64,000 nucleotides of DNA from the NCBI GenBank assembly GCA_950097015.1, contig CATNEN010000002.1:3844001-3908000 (forward strand). Reading direction: 5' to 3'. Shown piece by piece: positions 21,803 through 33,670 of the stretch. Made by a program: the position numbers and the translations under genes. This DNA is from Macrostomum hystrix (taxonomy: Eukaryota > Animalia > Platyhelminthes). Positions within the stretch are counted from its first letter, which is position 1, and each line of letters starts with the position of its first letter. The notes under the pieces are model-generated. The model had not been told where the DNA came from, made no database searches, and saw only the letters and a program-made list of their open reading frames with translations.

Positions 21803-24082
21803 CTACCAGAGTCGACACTTTTCAGCCGGGTTCATGCCGCTGCCTGGCTTGCACTCGAACACCTGGGCGAACTCGCGCGAGTTTCTCAGCGCGCCGAGAA
21901 TGCGCAGCTTCGGTGGACTGTGAGTCGGCTGCTTGTACCGCGTCACGTACACCTCCGGTGGCACCTTCTCGCACCAGATCTGCGCAAACTGCACAAAGAA
22001 CATCATCTCCGGCGTGAACTTCTTCAGCGCTCCCGGCAGTCGCTGAGGCTCCGTTCTGCCTTGTCTTTTAAGCTCGTTCTGCAGGGCCCTGTAGGCGCTG
22101 CTGATGCCTAACACATCCGCGATGTTGTTCCCCAGCGTAGCGTTGCCATCGAGCCGAGTACCCTTGCCGAGCTCCATGGCGCTGAAGGAGTCCACCAAGC
22201 AGCTGGTGCGGTTCAGGTAGGCAGCCTCGGTGCTGTTGTCCCAGAAGTGACCCTCAGAGCCGCTGTCTGTCAGGATGTGGCCGGCGTCGTCGAAGCTGTG
22301 CCCAATCTCGTGACCGATGACGGTGCCGATGCCTCCGTAGCGCAGGTACACCGGATAATTCGGATCGTACAGGTAGGGACCAAGAATGCCCATAGGGAAG
22401 ATGATAGTATTGCGCTCCATGAAGTTAAAAGCGTTCACCTGCAATGGATTAGTCACGAAAAAGTAGGATACAGTTGAGTTGGCCGTCATCACGTGGGCTT
22501 GCTTGCGAGCCTCAATGGTCTGGTAGAGGCCGACAAAGTGACCGAAGCCTCTGCCCTTCTTGTACAACCGGCGAACGTCGGCAAAATAAGCCTTGATGCT
22601 CTCCGGACTCATCGGATCGTACCCAACGGACTGTTTGACGGACCGGATCTTGGACTTGATCGACCTCTTGCCCTGCTCGGAGATCCACGCCTCATCGTCA
22701 ACATTCTGCTCCATGGCCTCCTTGACGTCCTTGATAATCTGGTGAATGTCCGAGAAGCCCTGCCTGATGAAGGTGCGAGTGAACATGTCGACGACCACGG
22801 GCTGCATGCTAGTCATTGCGAGCAGCATGCAGAACTTCGGGTAGGCCATCTCGTCTCTCGTCGACTCAACATTCTGAACCGCAATGCCGGTGCTCTTGAG
22901 TTTACTGACCTGACTCCTCAGTGAGTCCGGAAAATATTTGGCAAAGCCCAGGACGGTGTCCAGAAGGAGAAACGAGCTCTCGGGACTGTACTCACTGAGG
23001 CCAAAAGTAGCGGTGGTGGACAAGCTGTCTAGCACGCGACTTAGGACGCTGGCATTCCTCACAAAGACGTTCTGGTCAGGTCCGATCGTCCGGTCAAAGG
23101 CGAAGTACAACAGGCGGCTCCAACTGAATTTTGCACCAGGTGGCAGCGTCGTTTGCTGCAAGCTTGCCAACGTGCCCTCGAAAGAGTCGTTCAGTGGCGT
23201 GTCTACCATCGCGCGCTGAATCAAATCAAAGAGTCGATTCTGCACCCCGACTAGACGATCGAAATTTCCATTCAGAGAGAGAATCTTGGCAAAGTCGAGC
23301 GAATCGTTTGCTGTCAGGGCGGTAACCACCGGTTCTAGATCCTCGCGAGTCCATCGCTTGGTAAAGCCAAACATGTCGCTTTGGATGCTGATTCTGGTGT
23401 CGTTGAACTCCCGGCTGTCGTCGGACTCGGCAGACAAAATCAGCAAGTACTCTGACTCGCTTGTCTCCAGCTTTGCCAGGCCGCTGACTCCGCGCTTCAT
23501 CAGGCGACCCAACAGCTGCTCAATTGAGTTCAACTGGTGGGTGCGAACTCCATCGGTGATGAATTCGAAGAGTGGATCGACAAACGCAGACAGGGTTGCA
23601 GAATTGGTCCAGTAAGCCTCGTGCCAGGCCATGCAGGTGTGGAACATGGCCCTGCTGATGTTGTACAGGTCAGCCATCTCGCGATCGTCCGTGCTAGCCA
23701 AGCCATCCAGGTAGAGCAGCTCAAAGATCTTGCTCTGCAGGTTCTTGATCATGTCGACGTAGGCTCCGATGCCAGTCTTGATTGACTGACTATTGTACCG
23801 ATTCCTGTCGATGTAGCCACCGCAGGCGAACTCGAAGAAGTTCTCGCACGGATCCGCTGTCATATTGATGTTCTGCGTGATGAAGGCGCCGACCTCGATG
23901 CATTCGCGCGCGGTGCAGACCTCCGGGCCGCATTTGCCGGCTGGCGGGTAGACGAACAACAGAACAATGATCACCACTAGCAGCAGCGCTGCTAGGATGA
24001 AGAACAGCAGGCAGAAGATCAGGCACCGGTTGGGCTTCCTTGTCTCAAGCTGATGCTCCTCCACTGCAGCTGATTCGGCCAT
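21803..24082 (-). CDS. M13 (neprilysin/endothelin-converting enzyme-like) type II membrane metallopeptidase homologue, intronless, 759 aa
   Basis: Short cytoplasmic tail and a TM helix (CLIFCLLFFILAALLLVVIIVLLFVY). Motifs: DPCENFFEFACGG, VNAFN, YGGIGTVIGHEIGHSFD (HExxH), TLGNNIAD, THSPPKLR and a CRLW end. Confidence 0.96.
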   Translation of the reverse strand: MAESAAVEEHQLETRKPNRCLIFCLLFFILAALLLVVIIVLLFVYPPAGKCGPEVCTARECIEVGAFITQNINMTADPCENFFEFACGGYIDRNRYNSQSIKTGIGAYVDMIKNLQSKIFELLYLDGLASTDDREMADLYNISRAMFHTCMAWHEAYWTNSATLSAFVDPLFEFITDGVRTHQLNSIEQLLGRLMKRGVSGLAKLETSESEYLLILSAESDDSREFNDTRISIQSDMFGFTKRWTREDLEPVVTALTANDSLDFAKILSLNGNFDRLVGVQNRLFDLIQRAMVDTPLNDSFEGTLASLQQTTLPPGAKFSWSRLLYFAFDRTIGPDQNVFVRNASVLSRVLDSLSTTATFGLSEYSPESSFLLLDTVLGFAKYFPDSLRSQVSKLKSTGIAVQNVESTRDEMAYPKFCMLLAMTSMQPVVVDMFTRTFIRQGFSDIHQIIKDVKEAMEQNVDDEAWISEQGKRSIKSKIRSVKQSVGYDPMSPESIKAYFADVRRLYKKGRGFGHFVGLYQTIEARKQAHVMTANSTVSYFFVTNPLQVNAFNFMERNTIIFPMGILGPYLYDPNYPVYLRYGGIGTVIGHEIGHSFDDAGHILTDSGSEGHFWDNSTEAAYLNRTSCLVDSFSAMELGKGTRLDGNATLGNNIADVLGISSAYRALQNELKRQGRTEPQRLPGALKKFTPEMMFFVQFAQIWCEKVPPEVYVTRYKQPTHSPPKLRILGALRNSREFAQVFECKPGSGMNPAEKCRLW

Positions 24083-25459
24083 TGTTGTTTGCGAATTCGG
24101 CTGACCAAGTTGAGAATCGTTGAATGGTGACGCGGTTTTCTTAAAAAATAAAAGCGTAATAGATCACGTTAACGCGAAATTGCATGTAGAAATCGAACGG
24201 GTTATTTGGCTGGCCTTTGGCTTGCCTCCTAATCCATGCACTGTTGGGCCGTTTTGTTGGGTTTGGGCAGCCAGGCATAGATGGGAGTTATTCAGCCGAA
24301 CTGGCTCGTATTTCGGACATCCCATCCGGGATGATTGCACTTCAGCCCTGCTTTATCTTTCATCAGCAAGAAGGCCATGCAGCGTCCGTTCAGAGCGGGA
24401 CAGGAAAACTTTGTGAAAGCATCTAACGCAGTAGTGCGCACAAAGTGCTCTGAATAATTGTTTATCCTCGTCATGCATGGACCGAGAGTGGCTTCTGGCC
24501 TGTTCGTTGGCCTTTAGCTCCCATCAATGGGGATCAGATAATTACGTCCAGGGGCCAAGGATTCGACGCATAAAAAATTATTGAATTCGCCTTCTCAACC
24601 ACTGCAGCGTCAGTTTGCTCACCTATTTTTCTCGACCAAGTCTCCAGCAAACAACCGGATACTTCAGTGCGTTCTCGTAGGGAATAAAATGGGATTTAAA
24701 AAACTGTAGCTTAGAAAAATAGGTTTTTGGTTGGCCTTTATAGGTCTTTAACTGTGACTGCAAAGATTTAAATCGTGCTAGAATGTGCTAGTTTTAAAAG
24801 CGACGTTTGTTTTTTCAGGCGAGCTCCATCAGCCAATCAGAGAAAGTTGCAGAGCTCGCCAATGCTCAAATTTGCTTGAGTCCTGTTCTCAGTCTCGAGA
24901 GACAGGCCCAGGTCCCGATTTTTATGGATTTACAACCTGGCTAAGCTGAATTCGAAAATGTTCCAACGAATTAATGGATTAACAGAAAAAATTGGCAGCG
25001 GCTGTGCGTCAGATGATCTCGAGGGAAAGATTTTTGAATTTGAATTTGTAACACCCCGGAAATATCCCGCAGCTCACTTTTATCTCGTGCTCCTATCTCA
25101 CTGGCCCTGTGCCTCACACCAATGCTAGGGATAGTTGAGGCTGTTCAAGTCCACGATTGGTTCTGCAGCCCGGCCTCCCTAACTCCCCAGTCTCTCGGGA
25201 ACTTTCTCATTCGCCAAGCGTAACCATCGAGTGAAATTTATCGTGTTATCTCAACTATGCGCTATTTCGTTCCCACTCCCCCCGAAATATACGCAAAGCC
25301 TCTACATCCAAGTCCCCACTGCTACAAATTGAAGACTAAAGTAATGCAATTTGCTTTTATCGTCAACTCTTACAGATTCTTCTTTGCGATAGGAAGGCGG
25401 CTATTCCCAGGGTACAACATTCAGAAACTTGGATCATGGAAATAACATGTATTGCAGAT

Positions 25460-26168
25460 TGTCTAACAGGATGTCTGTCTAATAGAATGGCTGTCTAACA
25501 GGGTGTCTATCTAACAGAATGTCTGTCTAACAGGATGTCTGTCTAACAGGGTGTCTATCTAACAGGATGTCTGTCTAACAGGATGTCTGTCTAACAGGAT
25601 GTCTGTCTAATAGGATGGCTGTCTAACATGTTGTCTATCTAACAGGGTGTCTATCTAACAGGATGGCTGTCTAACATGTTGTCTATCTAACAGGGTGTCT
25701 ATCTAACAGGATTTCTGTCTTACAGGGTGTCTATCTAACAGGATGTCTATCTAACAGGATTTCTGTCCAACAGGGTGTCTATCTAACAGGATGGCTGTCT
25801 AACAGGATTTCTGTCTAACAAGGTGTCTATCTAACAGGATATCTGTCTAACAGGGTGTCTATCTAACAGGATTGCTGTCTAACAGGATGTCTATCTAATA
25901 GGATGTCTGTCTAACAGGATTTCTGTCTAATAGAATGTCTGTCTAATAGGATGGCTGTCTAACAGGTTGTCTATCTAACAGGATGTCTGTCTAACAGGAT
26001 GGCTGTCTAACAGGATGTCTGTCTAACAGGATGTCTGTCTAACAGGATTTCTGTCTAATAGAATGTCTGTCTAATAGGATGGCTGTCTAACAGGTTGTCT
26101 ATCTAACAGGATATCTGTCTAACAGGGTGTCTGTCTAACAGGGTGTCTATCTAACAGGATGTCTGTCT
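25460..26168. repeat. 16-bp minisatellite (TCTAACAGGATGTCTG family), about 44 copies
   Basis: Direct periodicity with variant units such as TCTAACAGGGTGTCTA. Confidence 0.95.
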
Positions 26169-27245
26169 GGCTGCAAATCTGACCCAAGTGGGTTAGTTAT
26201 GAATTTTATCTTCTATGTATATTCATTCTATACGCAGGTTTTAACATCGGTCTTTTTCTAACAACACTACTGACAGCAGTACATTGCACAACCAGTTTTT
26301 TCAGGAGATACACTACCTACTGTACCAATTCAGTTTATTTGTTGTTAAAACGAATCCCCCGAAGGACTGGGGCGCGGATCAGTTCCGTGGAGCTCTACTG
26401 CTGAATTTTTTAATATATTTAACCGAATTTATTTAGTTTCATTCAGTTTATTTAAGTAATGCGTAGACAAGGCGGTTTTCAAGTTCATATACAAAACGTA
26501 AACTTCTCAATTACACTGAAAAGTTTTATAATTGCTTCTCCTAAGCTATGCCCAAAATCCGTTAAATTATGAACTTAAGAAGTCGCGAAAAATCAATCAC
26601 TTGACGAGTCATAAAAAGTTAAAGACTTCAAAAAGTCGGATAATTTACGACTGTTGCCAGCGCCTCCTGCCTGTTGTAATTAAACCCGGAAAATCGGTGC
26701 AGTAAAACAAGCTGCTCCATGTCACCATGGAAATCATCCTTGGTACAATTTACCTAGGATTCGTTGTAAAATACTAACTAGGCTTTTATTTTATTACAAT
26801 TTGCATCAACCAGAATACCTACATCAGCCGACATTTCACTTCTACGTAGAAATGTAGTATTTAATGTGATTAAGCATTTCAATTCTGTCTATACGTGATA
26901 AAAGTACAAATGAACTAAAACCTCCTGCTGATATTCAAGTGTGCAAGCAGTCCTGTGTGGTGCTAATCTGAGATTTTCACATTCAAAATCAACTGGCGCT
27001 AAGACTAAAGATTAGAGGGCCGATCGTGCCTGAGATAAACTGACGTTTTCTCCCTGACTTTCGATCAGCTCGAAGCCAATGTTCGTGACCCTCCAGCAGC
27101 TATTGATGTGTGTTTATCTAAAGACTTTGTTACAGCGTTCTGTATAGCTGCTTCTTTGAATGTCAATGTGCCCGGACCAATTGTGGTAGCTTAGGCTGTG
27201 TTCGCTGTTCCAAATACCTTTGACAACAGCTGACAGGTTCACTGG

Positions 27246-27259
27246 TAGATAGATAGATT

Positions 27260-27295
<36 letters not shown>

Positions 27296-27296
27296 C

Positions 27297-27331
<35 letters not shown>

Positions 27332-27332
27332 C

Positions 27333-27375
<43 letters not shown>

Positions 27376-27376
27376 C

Positions 27377-27407
<31 letters not shown>

Positions 27408-27408
27408 C

Positions 27409-27459
<51 letters not shown>

Positions 27460-27460
27460 C

Positions 27461-27507
<47 letters not shown>

Positions 27508-27508
27508 C

Positions 27509-27555
<47 letters not shown>

Positions 27556-27556
27556 C

Positions 27557-27647
<91 letters not shown>

Positions 27648-27648
27648 C

Positions 27649-27687
<39 letters not shown>

Positions 27688-27800
27688 CATAGATAGATAG
27701 ATAGATAGATACATAGATAGATAGATACATAGATAGATAGATAGATAGATACATAGATAGATAGATAGATAGATACATAGATAGATAGATAGATAGATAC

Positions 27801-27839
<39 letters not shown>

Positions 27840-27928
27840 CATAGATAGATAGATAGATAGATACATAGATAGATAGATACATAGATAGATAGATAGATAG
27901 ATACATAGATAGATACATAGATAGATAC

Positions 27929-27959
<31 letters not shown>

Positions 27960-27960
27960 C

Positions 27961-27994
<34 letters not shown>
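27246..27994. repeat. (GATA)n microsatellite, about 750 bp, with interspersed ACAT variants
   Basis: Directly visible. Confidence 0.99.
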
Positions 27995-27996
<2 letters not shown>

Positions 27997-28199
27997 CCAG
28001 ATTGATAGAACTCGTTGATTAAAAAGAATGACCCTGTTACATTTTTATATTCAACAGTGTTTATTTTAGTAAAATAAGAATTCGACAGATTTTACTGAGT
28101 AAAATGGTATCATTACAAGAAGTACTTTTCTATTGGTGTACTTTTGTCCGCCAGCAACTACAGCTGAGTCATCGAAAACAAAATAAATTGTACAGGTCG

Positions 28200-28330
28200 T
28201 CAACCGTTAGATCCTCGTCCAAGCGAGCCATTCCCTGCCCGGGCTTCAAGAGCCTGTACATCCTCGTCCTTCAGAACAGTGAAGGACGGACCGGCCCGCT
28301 TGTAGGCAGCTCGCTTCTGCTGCTGCTGCT

Positions 28331-28379
<49 letters not shown>

Positions 28380-31349
28380 TTGCTGTTGCTGCTGAGCCGG
28401 GAGCTGCTGAGACAAAGACTTGGCGGCGGCCTTTCTGCGACTTTGACAAATCATTTGACCCTCAGCTGCGAGACCCATGAACACCAGGTCCAAAATTTTC
28501 GGATCTTCCGATGCCGACACCTGAAAATTGTTATGCAATGACTTAGTTAAAAACCCGTCTAACACCCTGTCTAACAATATGACACCCTGTCTGACAATAT
28601 GGAACCCTGTCTGACAATATGACACCCTGTCTGACAATATGACACCCTGACTAACAATATGACACTCTGACTAACAATATGACACCCTGTCTGACAATAT
28701 GACACCCTGACTAACAATATGACACCCTGTCTGACAATATGACACCCTGTCTGACAATATGACACCCTGACTAACAATATGACACCCTGACTAACAATAT
28801 GACACCCTGTCTGACAATATGACACCCTGTCTGACAATATGACACCCTGTCTGACAATATGACACCCTGTCTGACAATATGACACCCTGACTAACAATAT
28901 GACACCCTGTCTGACAATATGACACCCTGACTAACAATATGACACCCTGTCTGACAATATGACACCCTGACTAACAATATGAAACCCTGCCTAACAATAT
29001 GACACCCTGACTAACAATATGACACCCTGTCTGACAATATGACACCCTGACTAACAATATGACACTCTGACTAACAATATGACACCCTGTCTGACAATAT
29101 GACACCCTGACTAACAATATGACACCCTGTCTGACAATATGACACCCTGTCTGACAATATGACACCCTGACTAACAATATGACACCCTGACTAACAATAT
29201 GACACCCTGTCTGACAATATGACACCCTGACTAACAATATGACACCCTGTCTGACAATATGAAACCCTGCCTAACAATATGACACCCTGTCTGACAATAT
29301 GACACCCTGTCTGACAATATGACACCCTGTCTGACAATATGACACCCTGACTAACAATATGACACCCTGTCTGACAATATGACACCCTGTCTGACAATAT
29401 GACACCCTGACTAACAATATGACACCCTGACTAACAATATGACACCCTGTCTGACAATATGACACCCTGACTAACAATATGAAACCCTGCCTAACAATAT
29501 GACACCCTGACTAACAATATGACACCCTGTCTGACAATATGACACCCTGACTAACAATATGACACCCTGTCTGACAATATGAAACCCTGCCTAACAATAT
29601 GACACCCTGTCTGACAATATGACACCCTGTCTGACAATATGACACCCTGACTAACAATATGACACCCTGACTAACAATATGACACCCTGTCTGACAATAT
29701 GACACCCTGACTAACAATATGAAACCCTGCCTAACAATATGACACCCTGACTAACAATATGACACCCTGTCTGACAATATGACACCCTGACTAACAATAT
29801 GACACTCTGACTAACAATATGACACCCTGTCTGACAATATGACACCCTGACTAACAATATGACACCCTGTCTGACAATATGACACCCTGTCTGACAATAT
29901 GACACCCTGACTAACAATATGACACCCTGACTAACAATATGACACCCTGTCTGACAATATGACACCCTGACTAACAATATGAAACCCTGCCTAACAATAT
30001 GACACCCTGACTAACAATATGACACCCTGTCTGACAATATGACACCCTGACTAACAATATGACACCCTGTCTGACAATATGAAACCCTGCCTAACAATAT
30101 GACACCCTGTCTGACAATATGACACCCTGACTAACAATATGACACCCTGACTAACAATATGACACCCTGTCTGACAATATGACACCCTGACTAACAGTAT
30201 GAAACCCTGCCTAACAGACTACAGTTTCAAATCGACTGACACTGTAGAAACTTATTGACGTTTCTACACGTCATGTGGTTGAAATACCCAAAAGACAATT
30301 GTGGTCATTTGGCTCCCATTGCTGGAAAAGTATGTGTGCGTGTGCGTTGGACTGTGAAAGCAAAATTGACCAAGTCGCAATGCTGAAAGATCCAAAAATA
30401 CAACCGGGAATTGTTCTGTACGGTTCTCGTCAGAAACTTGTTCTTCTTTTCCTGCACCCAAGCAAACTTCCGTCTGTTTTCCTTCTGTTCCAGTCTGCCG
30501 TTGCACTCAGACACCCAAGCCTCATTAGCGGAATCACTCAGTCTAAAATTAGCATGCTGGTGTTATAACCGCATTTCCTGATTAGGGAAACACTATTCAG
30601 GTGGAGAAATTCAACAACAACAATGTCTGTTCGAGTGAAGCAAACTACAATTTTCCTACTAAATTTGTTAGGGATTAACAAAACTGACTGAAAAGCATTC
30701 TTGGAGGACATAGCCAAATGCTATTCGTTTAAGACGGGTTGTGGTTAATAATAATCATAATTGCAGGATGACTGCGGGCAGTGGCACATCATTTGATGAC
30801 TTCAATTCAGCACACACGCTGAATCCTGAGCACACACGCACACAGCTATACCATACTTCGGTACTCGCTCCCACAGGTGTGTACATCTGCATGCCCTGAC
30901 TTTCTCATGGTAATGTAGTGTACACTCTCACTGTGCCTTGGAGGTTGGCCCTCAATGGCGTAAATTACTCCCTCCGAGCTGTGGCTACTGAGGCCTCATT
31001 TTGGTAATTCTGTCCTACCAGCTGGCCAATGAGCACACACAGTTAAATACTCGTAGATACGCTCTGTTTGCTATGGAAGACGTTTATGACGTCTATAACT
31101 GATTTCGCTGTATTTATGGTTTGACAAGCCCTGGTCGTACCGTTTTCCAACTTGGCGTTAGATAATACTCGTACATAAGCTATCTTTAAACCACGAAATG
31201 GCACAAGGCTGAACTTAACTATGGTAATAAAATATATTTGCAGTTCTTGTCTCGAATGCTTGATGCACATTACAAAGTCTGAATTTCGATCTTTGGGTCT
31301 GTTACCTCATTTATCACTTGCTCTGAAGGAGAGACAGACAGACAGACAC

Positions 31350-31396
<47 letters not shown>

Positions 31397-32487
31397 GCTT
31401 ACCAGAAAATGCCGGCAGTGGAACTGGCTGCTGAGGATTTCCATTTCCGCCTTGTCCACGTGACCCCTATGCGCCATGTCGGTCTTGTTGCCAATCAGGA
31501 CAATGGGCAGCCGTTCAGATCCTCGCACAGACCTAATGAGCTCTAGAAAAAGTCGGGTTCTGGGAGCACTGTCCAGCATTGTGACGTCATAGATCACCAG
31601 GAAACAGTCTGCCCAGTCTAGGCAGGCTGACAGACCGGAGAATCCACGACGCTGTGGAAGATTGGTGGGTTGTAGGAGTTGTTGAAGGAGTTGTTGAAGG
31701 AGTTGTTGGTGAAGGAGTTGTGGGTGAAGGAGTTGTGGGTGAAGGAGTGGTGGGTGAAGGAGTGGTGGGAGATGGAACGGTGGGTGAAGGAATGGTGAGC
31801 GAATGGTTAACTAGTGATGTGAAAATATCTGGGGTATTGTGGGCAGTTGTGCGTGAAGTTCTGAAAAGTCCGTCTTTGTGGATAAAGCTGTGGGACGCAT
31901 GGTCAATAGGTGAACGAAGCCATTTAACTCGCATACCTCATATGCTGAGGCGTCAAGTATTTCGACATCGATTGGACTGTCTTGCACAATGATCTGGTGA
32001 CGATAGATGACGTCACAGCTTGACTGATAAGACTCGATGAACTTCTTGGTCAGATAGCGTACTAGAATAGCTGGAAACGATATAATGATAGTCTGGCTAC
32101 TTTGTATTGCACAAGCTTTGCTCAAATGAGTAGGTAACGCGTGTGCCTCTCGCGCCAAGGTCCCTGAGCTCGATTCCGTGGCGAGACAACATTCATTTGG
32201 TGCGCAGTCGCGGAGAGAAGGCTTGGGGGCTTGTCGTGCAATTTACGCCCTTGAGGGCCAACCTCCAAGGCACATCGAGAGTGTACCCTGCCTGACGTCG
32301 ACTATGAGAAAGTCAGGCCAGATGTACACACCTGTGTGCGTGTGTGCTCAGGAGTCAGCGGAATGGGCAGAACTGCCTCGGCACTGGCTGCGAGCAATGT
32401 TAATGACTCACCTGACTTTCCACTGCCATCTGGACCAATCAGGATCAACCTGACAGGACTTGCTGCGATGGTTGAACGTTCAGACAT
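28200..32487 (-). CDS. Ras-superfamily small GTPase of the RERG/RERGL/RASL11-12 type with a C-terminal polyQ tail, 4 coding exons, about 259 aa
   Basis: Exons (minus): 32412-32487, 31937-32070, 31403-31651 and 28200-28520, in frame with GT/AG boundaries. G1 GPDGSGKS|AILVRYLTKKFI, G3 region VEILDASA, DWADCFLVIYDVT, G4 IVLIGNKTD, G5 FL|VSA. About 26 Gln codons at 28317-28394 and no CAAX box. Confidence 0.9.
28555..30216. repeat. 20-bp minisatellite (GACACCCTGTCTGACAATAT / GACACCCTGACTAACAATAT), about 83 copies, in GTPase intron 3
   Basis: Direct 20-nt periodicity with two main variants and a rare GAAACCCTGCCTAACAATAT unit. Confidence 0.98.
30746..30965 (-). mobile_element. SINE family B, 3-prime part
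   Basis: Reverse complement of the body (GTGTACACTCTCACTGTGCCTTGGAGGTTGGCCC) and of the TGCAATTAT tail. Confidence 0.75.
31672..31795. repeat. 15-bp GGTGAAGGAGTTGTG-type repeat in GTPase intron 2
   Basis: About 7-8 imperfect direct copies. Confidence 0.85.
32120..32392 (+). mobile_element. SINE family B copy filling most of GTPase intron 1
   Basis: TAACGCGTGTGCCTCTCGCGCCAAGGTCCCTGAGCTCGATTCCG...GGCACATCGAGAGTGTACCCTGCCTGAC matches the other copies. The tail is truncated. Confidence 0.85.
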
Positions 32488-33111
32488 CTGATAATCGACA
32501 GGTTCAGCTGACTGATGGGATCAAGACCTGCTAGAGAGAACTCATTCGCTGTTTTAATTGACTAATTTCTGTCCCTACTGCTTGGCAGTATGGCTTCAAT
32601 GCTTGTCGACAAGTTTGAATGATTTTATTGACAGATATGGGATCAGTCTGTGATCCACCTGCGCCCAATTTGATAGACTTCTCGAGTTGAAAATCTTCAC
32701 TTGAACTTCACAGACAGATTGAATGCAGATTTCTCTCAGCGCAGGGACAGGAACTGCGGGCTGAAAATGTTCTACGCGACTGTCGAAATCTGAAGCAGGG
32801 ATTTAAATCCCATTCACCAGCCGCCTCCTGTCGGGGTCATGTGGTCCCGCCAGTTGTTCATGAATGCTGTTCAACCAATCGGACTGGTTTCAGCAGTAAC
32901 ATCTGCTGCTGACGCGCTTACTAAGGCATGAAATCCACTTCAGTCTCGGGAAAAAAATGCTTCTGAATTCTTCCAGCTGGCCTAAGAAAAATTTCCATGA
33001 CTGTTCATGGGACCAATGCATCGAATAAGTGCATGAAATTTGGCCAAAACAATAATTTTTTCAGGGTCCGGGGATACTTTCGCATCAACTGGGTGATAGT
33101 GGACTCGCAGC

Positions 33112-33426
33112 CGGGGTTCTAGCCAACTGGTTTTAGCGTCTGACTCACGACTTAAAGGACAGGGGTTCGATTCCCGACTCCAATGGAATAGTTTGTGCCC
33201 TTTAGCAAGACACTTAACTCTGCATTGCTTCAGTTCACCCAGCTGTTAAATTGGGTACCAGCATCAGTTGGGGTAATTGAAGGTGGGTGTGGCGTCCCCT
33301 CCAGTCCATGGACTGAACAGCCGTACGCAGCCTTCAGATGCCCTGTGCAATAGCTGCGGCTGTGCTGTCGGCTGCACATCTGGACTAATGGGGGCAGGTG
33401 TAATCAGTTATAATTGTTATTAATTA
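33112..33426 (+). mobile_element. tRNA-derived CORE-type SINE (family A)
   Basis: tRNA-like head with B-box GGTTCGATTCC, CORE-like block CTTTAGCAAGACACTTAACTCTGCATTGCTTCAGTTCACCCAGCTGTTAAATTGGG, and an AT-rich tail. Confidence 0.88.
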
Positions 33427-33429
33427 GAC

Positions 33430-33670
33430 TCGCAGCCAGCGAGAGAGACATTTTGACCATTTCGACACCTGATCACGCGCTCACACAGGTGTGTACGTCT
33501 GCCCTGACTTCTCATCGTCAGGTGGCGTACACTGTCACTTTGCCTACTTTGTGGTTGCTCCTCATGGGCCTTAAGTTGAGCACGACAAGCTCCCAAAGCC
33601 TTCTCTCCGCGGCTTGTTACGAGTAGAACGACATCTGAATCATGGCATCGAACTCACGGCATCGGAACGT
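33430..33670 (-). mobile_element. Degenerate SINE family B copy
   Basis: Reverse complement matches to CCGCGGAGAGAAGGCTT, GTGTACGCCACCTGACGATGAGAAG and CTGGCTGCG. Confidence 0.65.

Noticed and set aside
21794-24026. Plus-strand and alternate-frame ORFs over the M13 gene (likewise over ClpX and tektin exons)
   Set aside because: Shadow ORFs of GC-rich coding sequence with no independent motifs.
27114-27962. Long minus-strand ORFs (YLSI repeats)
   Set aside because: Translation of the (GATA)n microsatellite; no coding features.
28571-29977. Series of LVRVSYCQTGCHIV ORFs
   Set aside because: Artefacts of the 20-bp minisatellite inside an intron.
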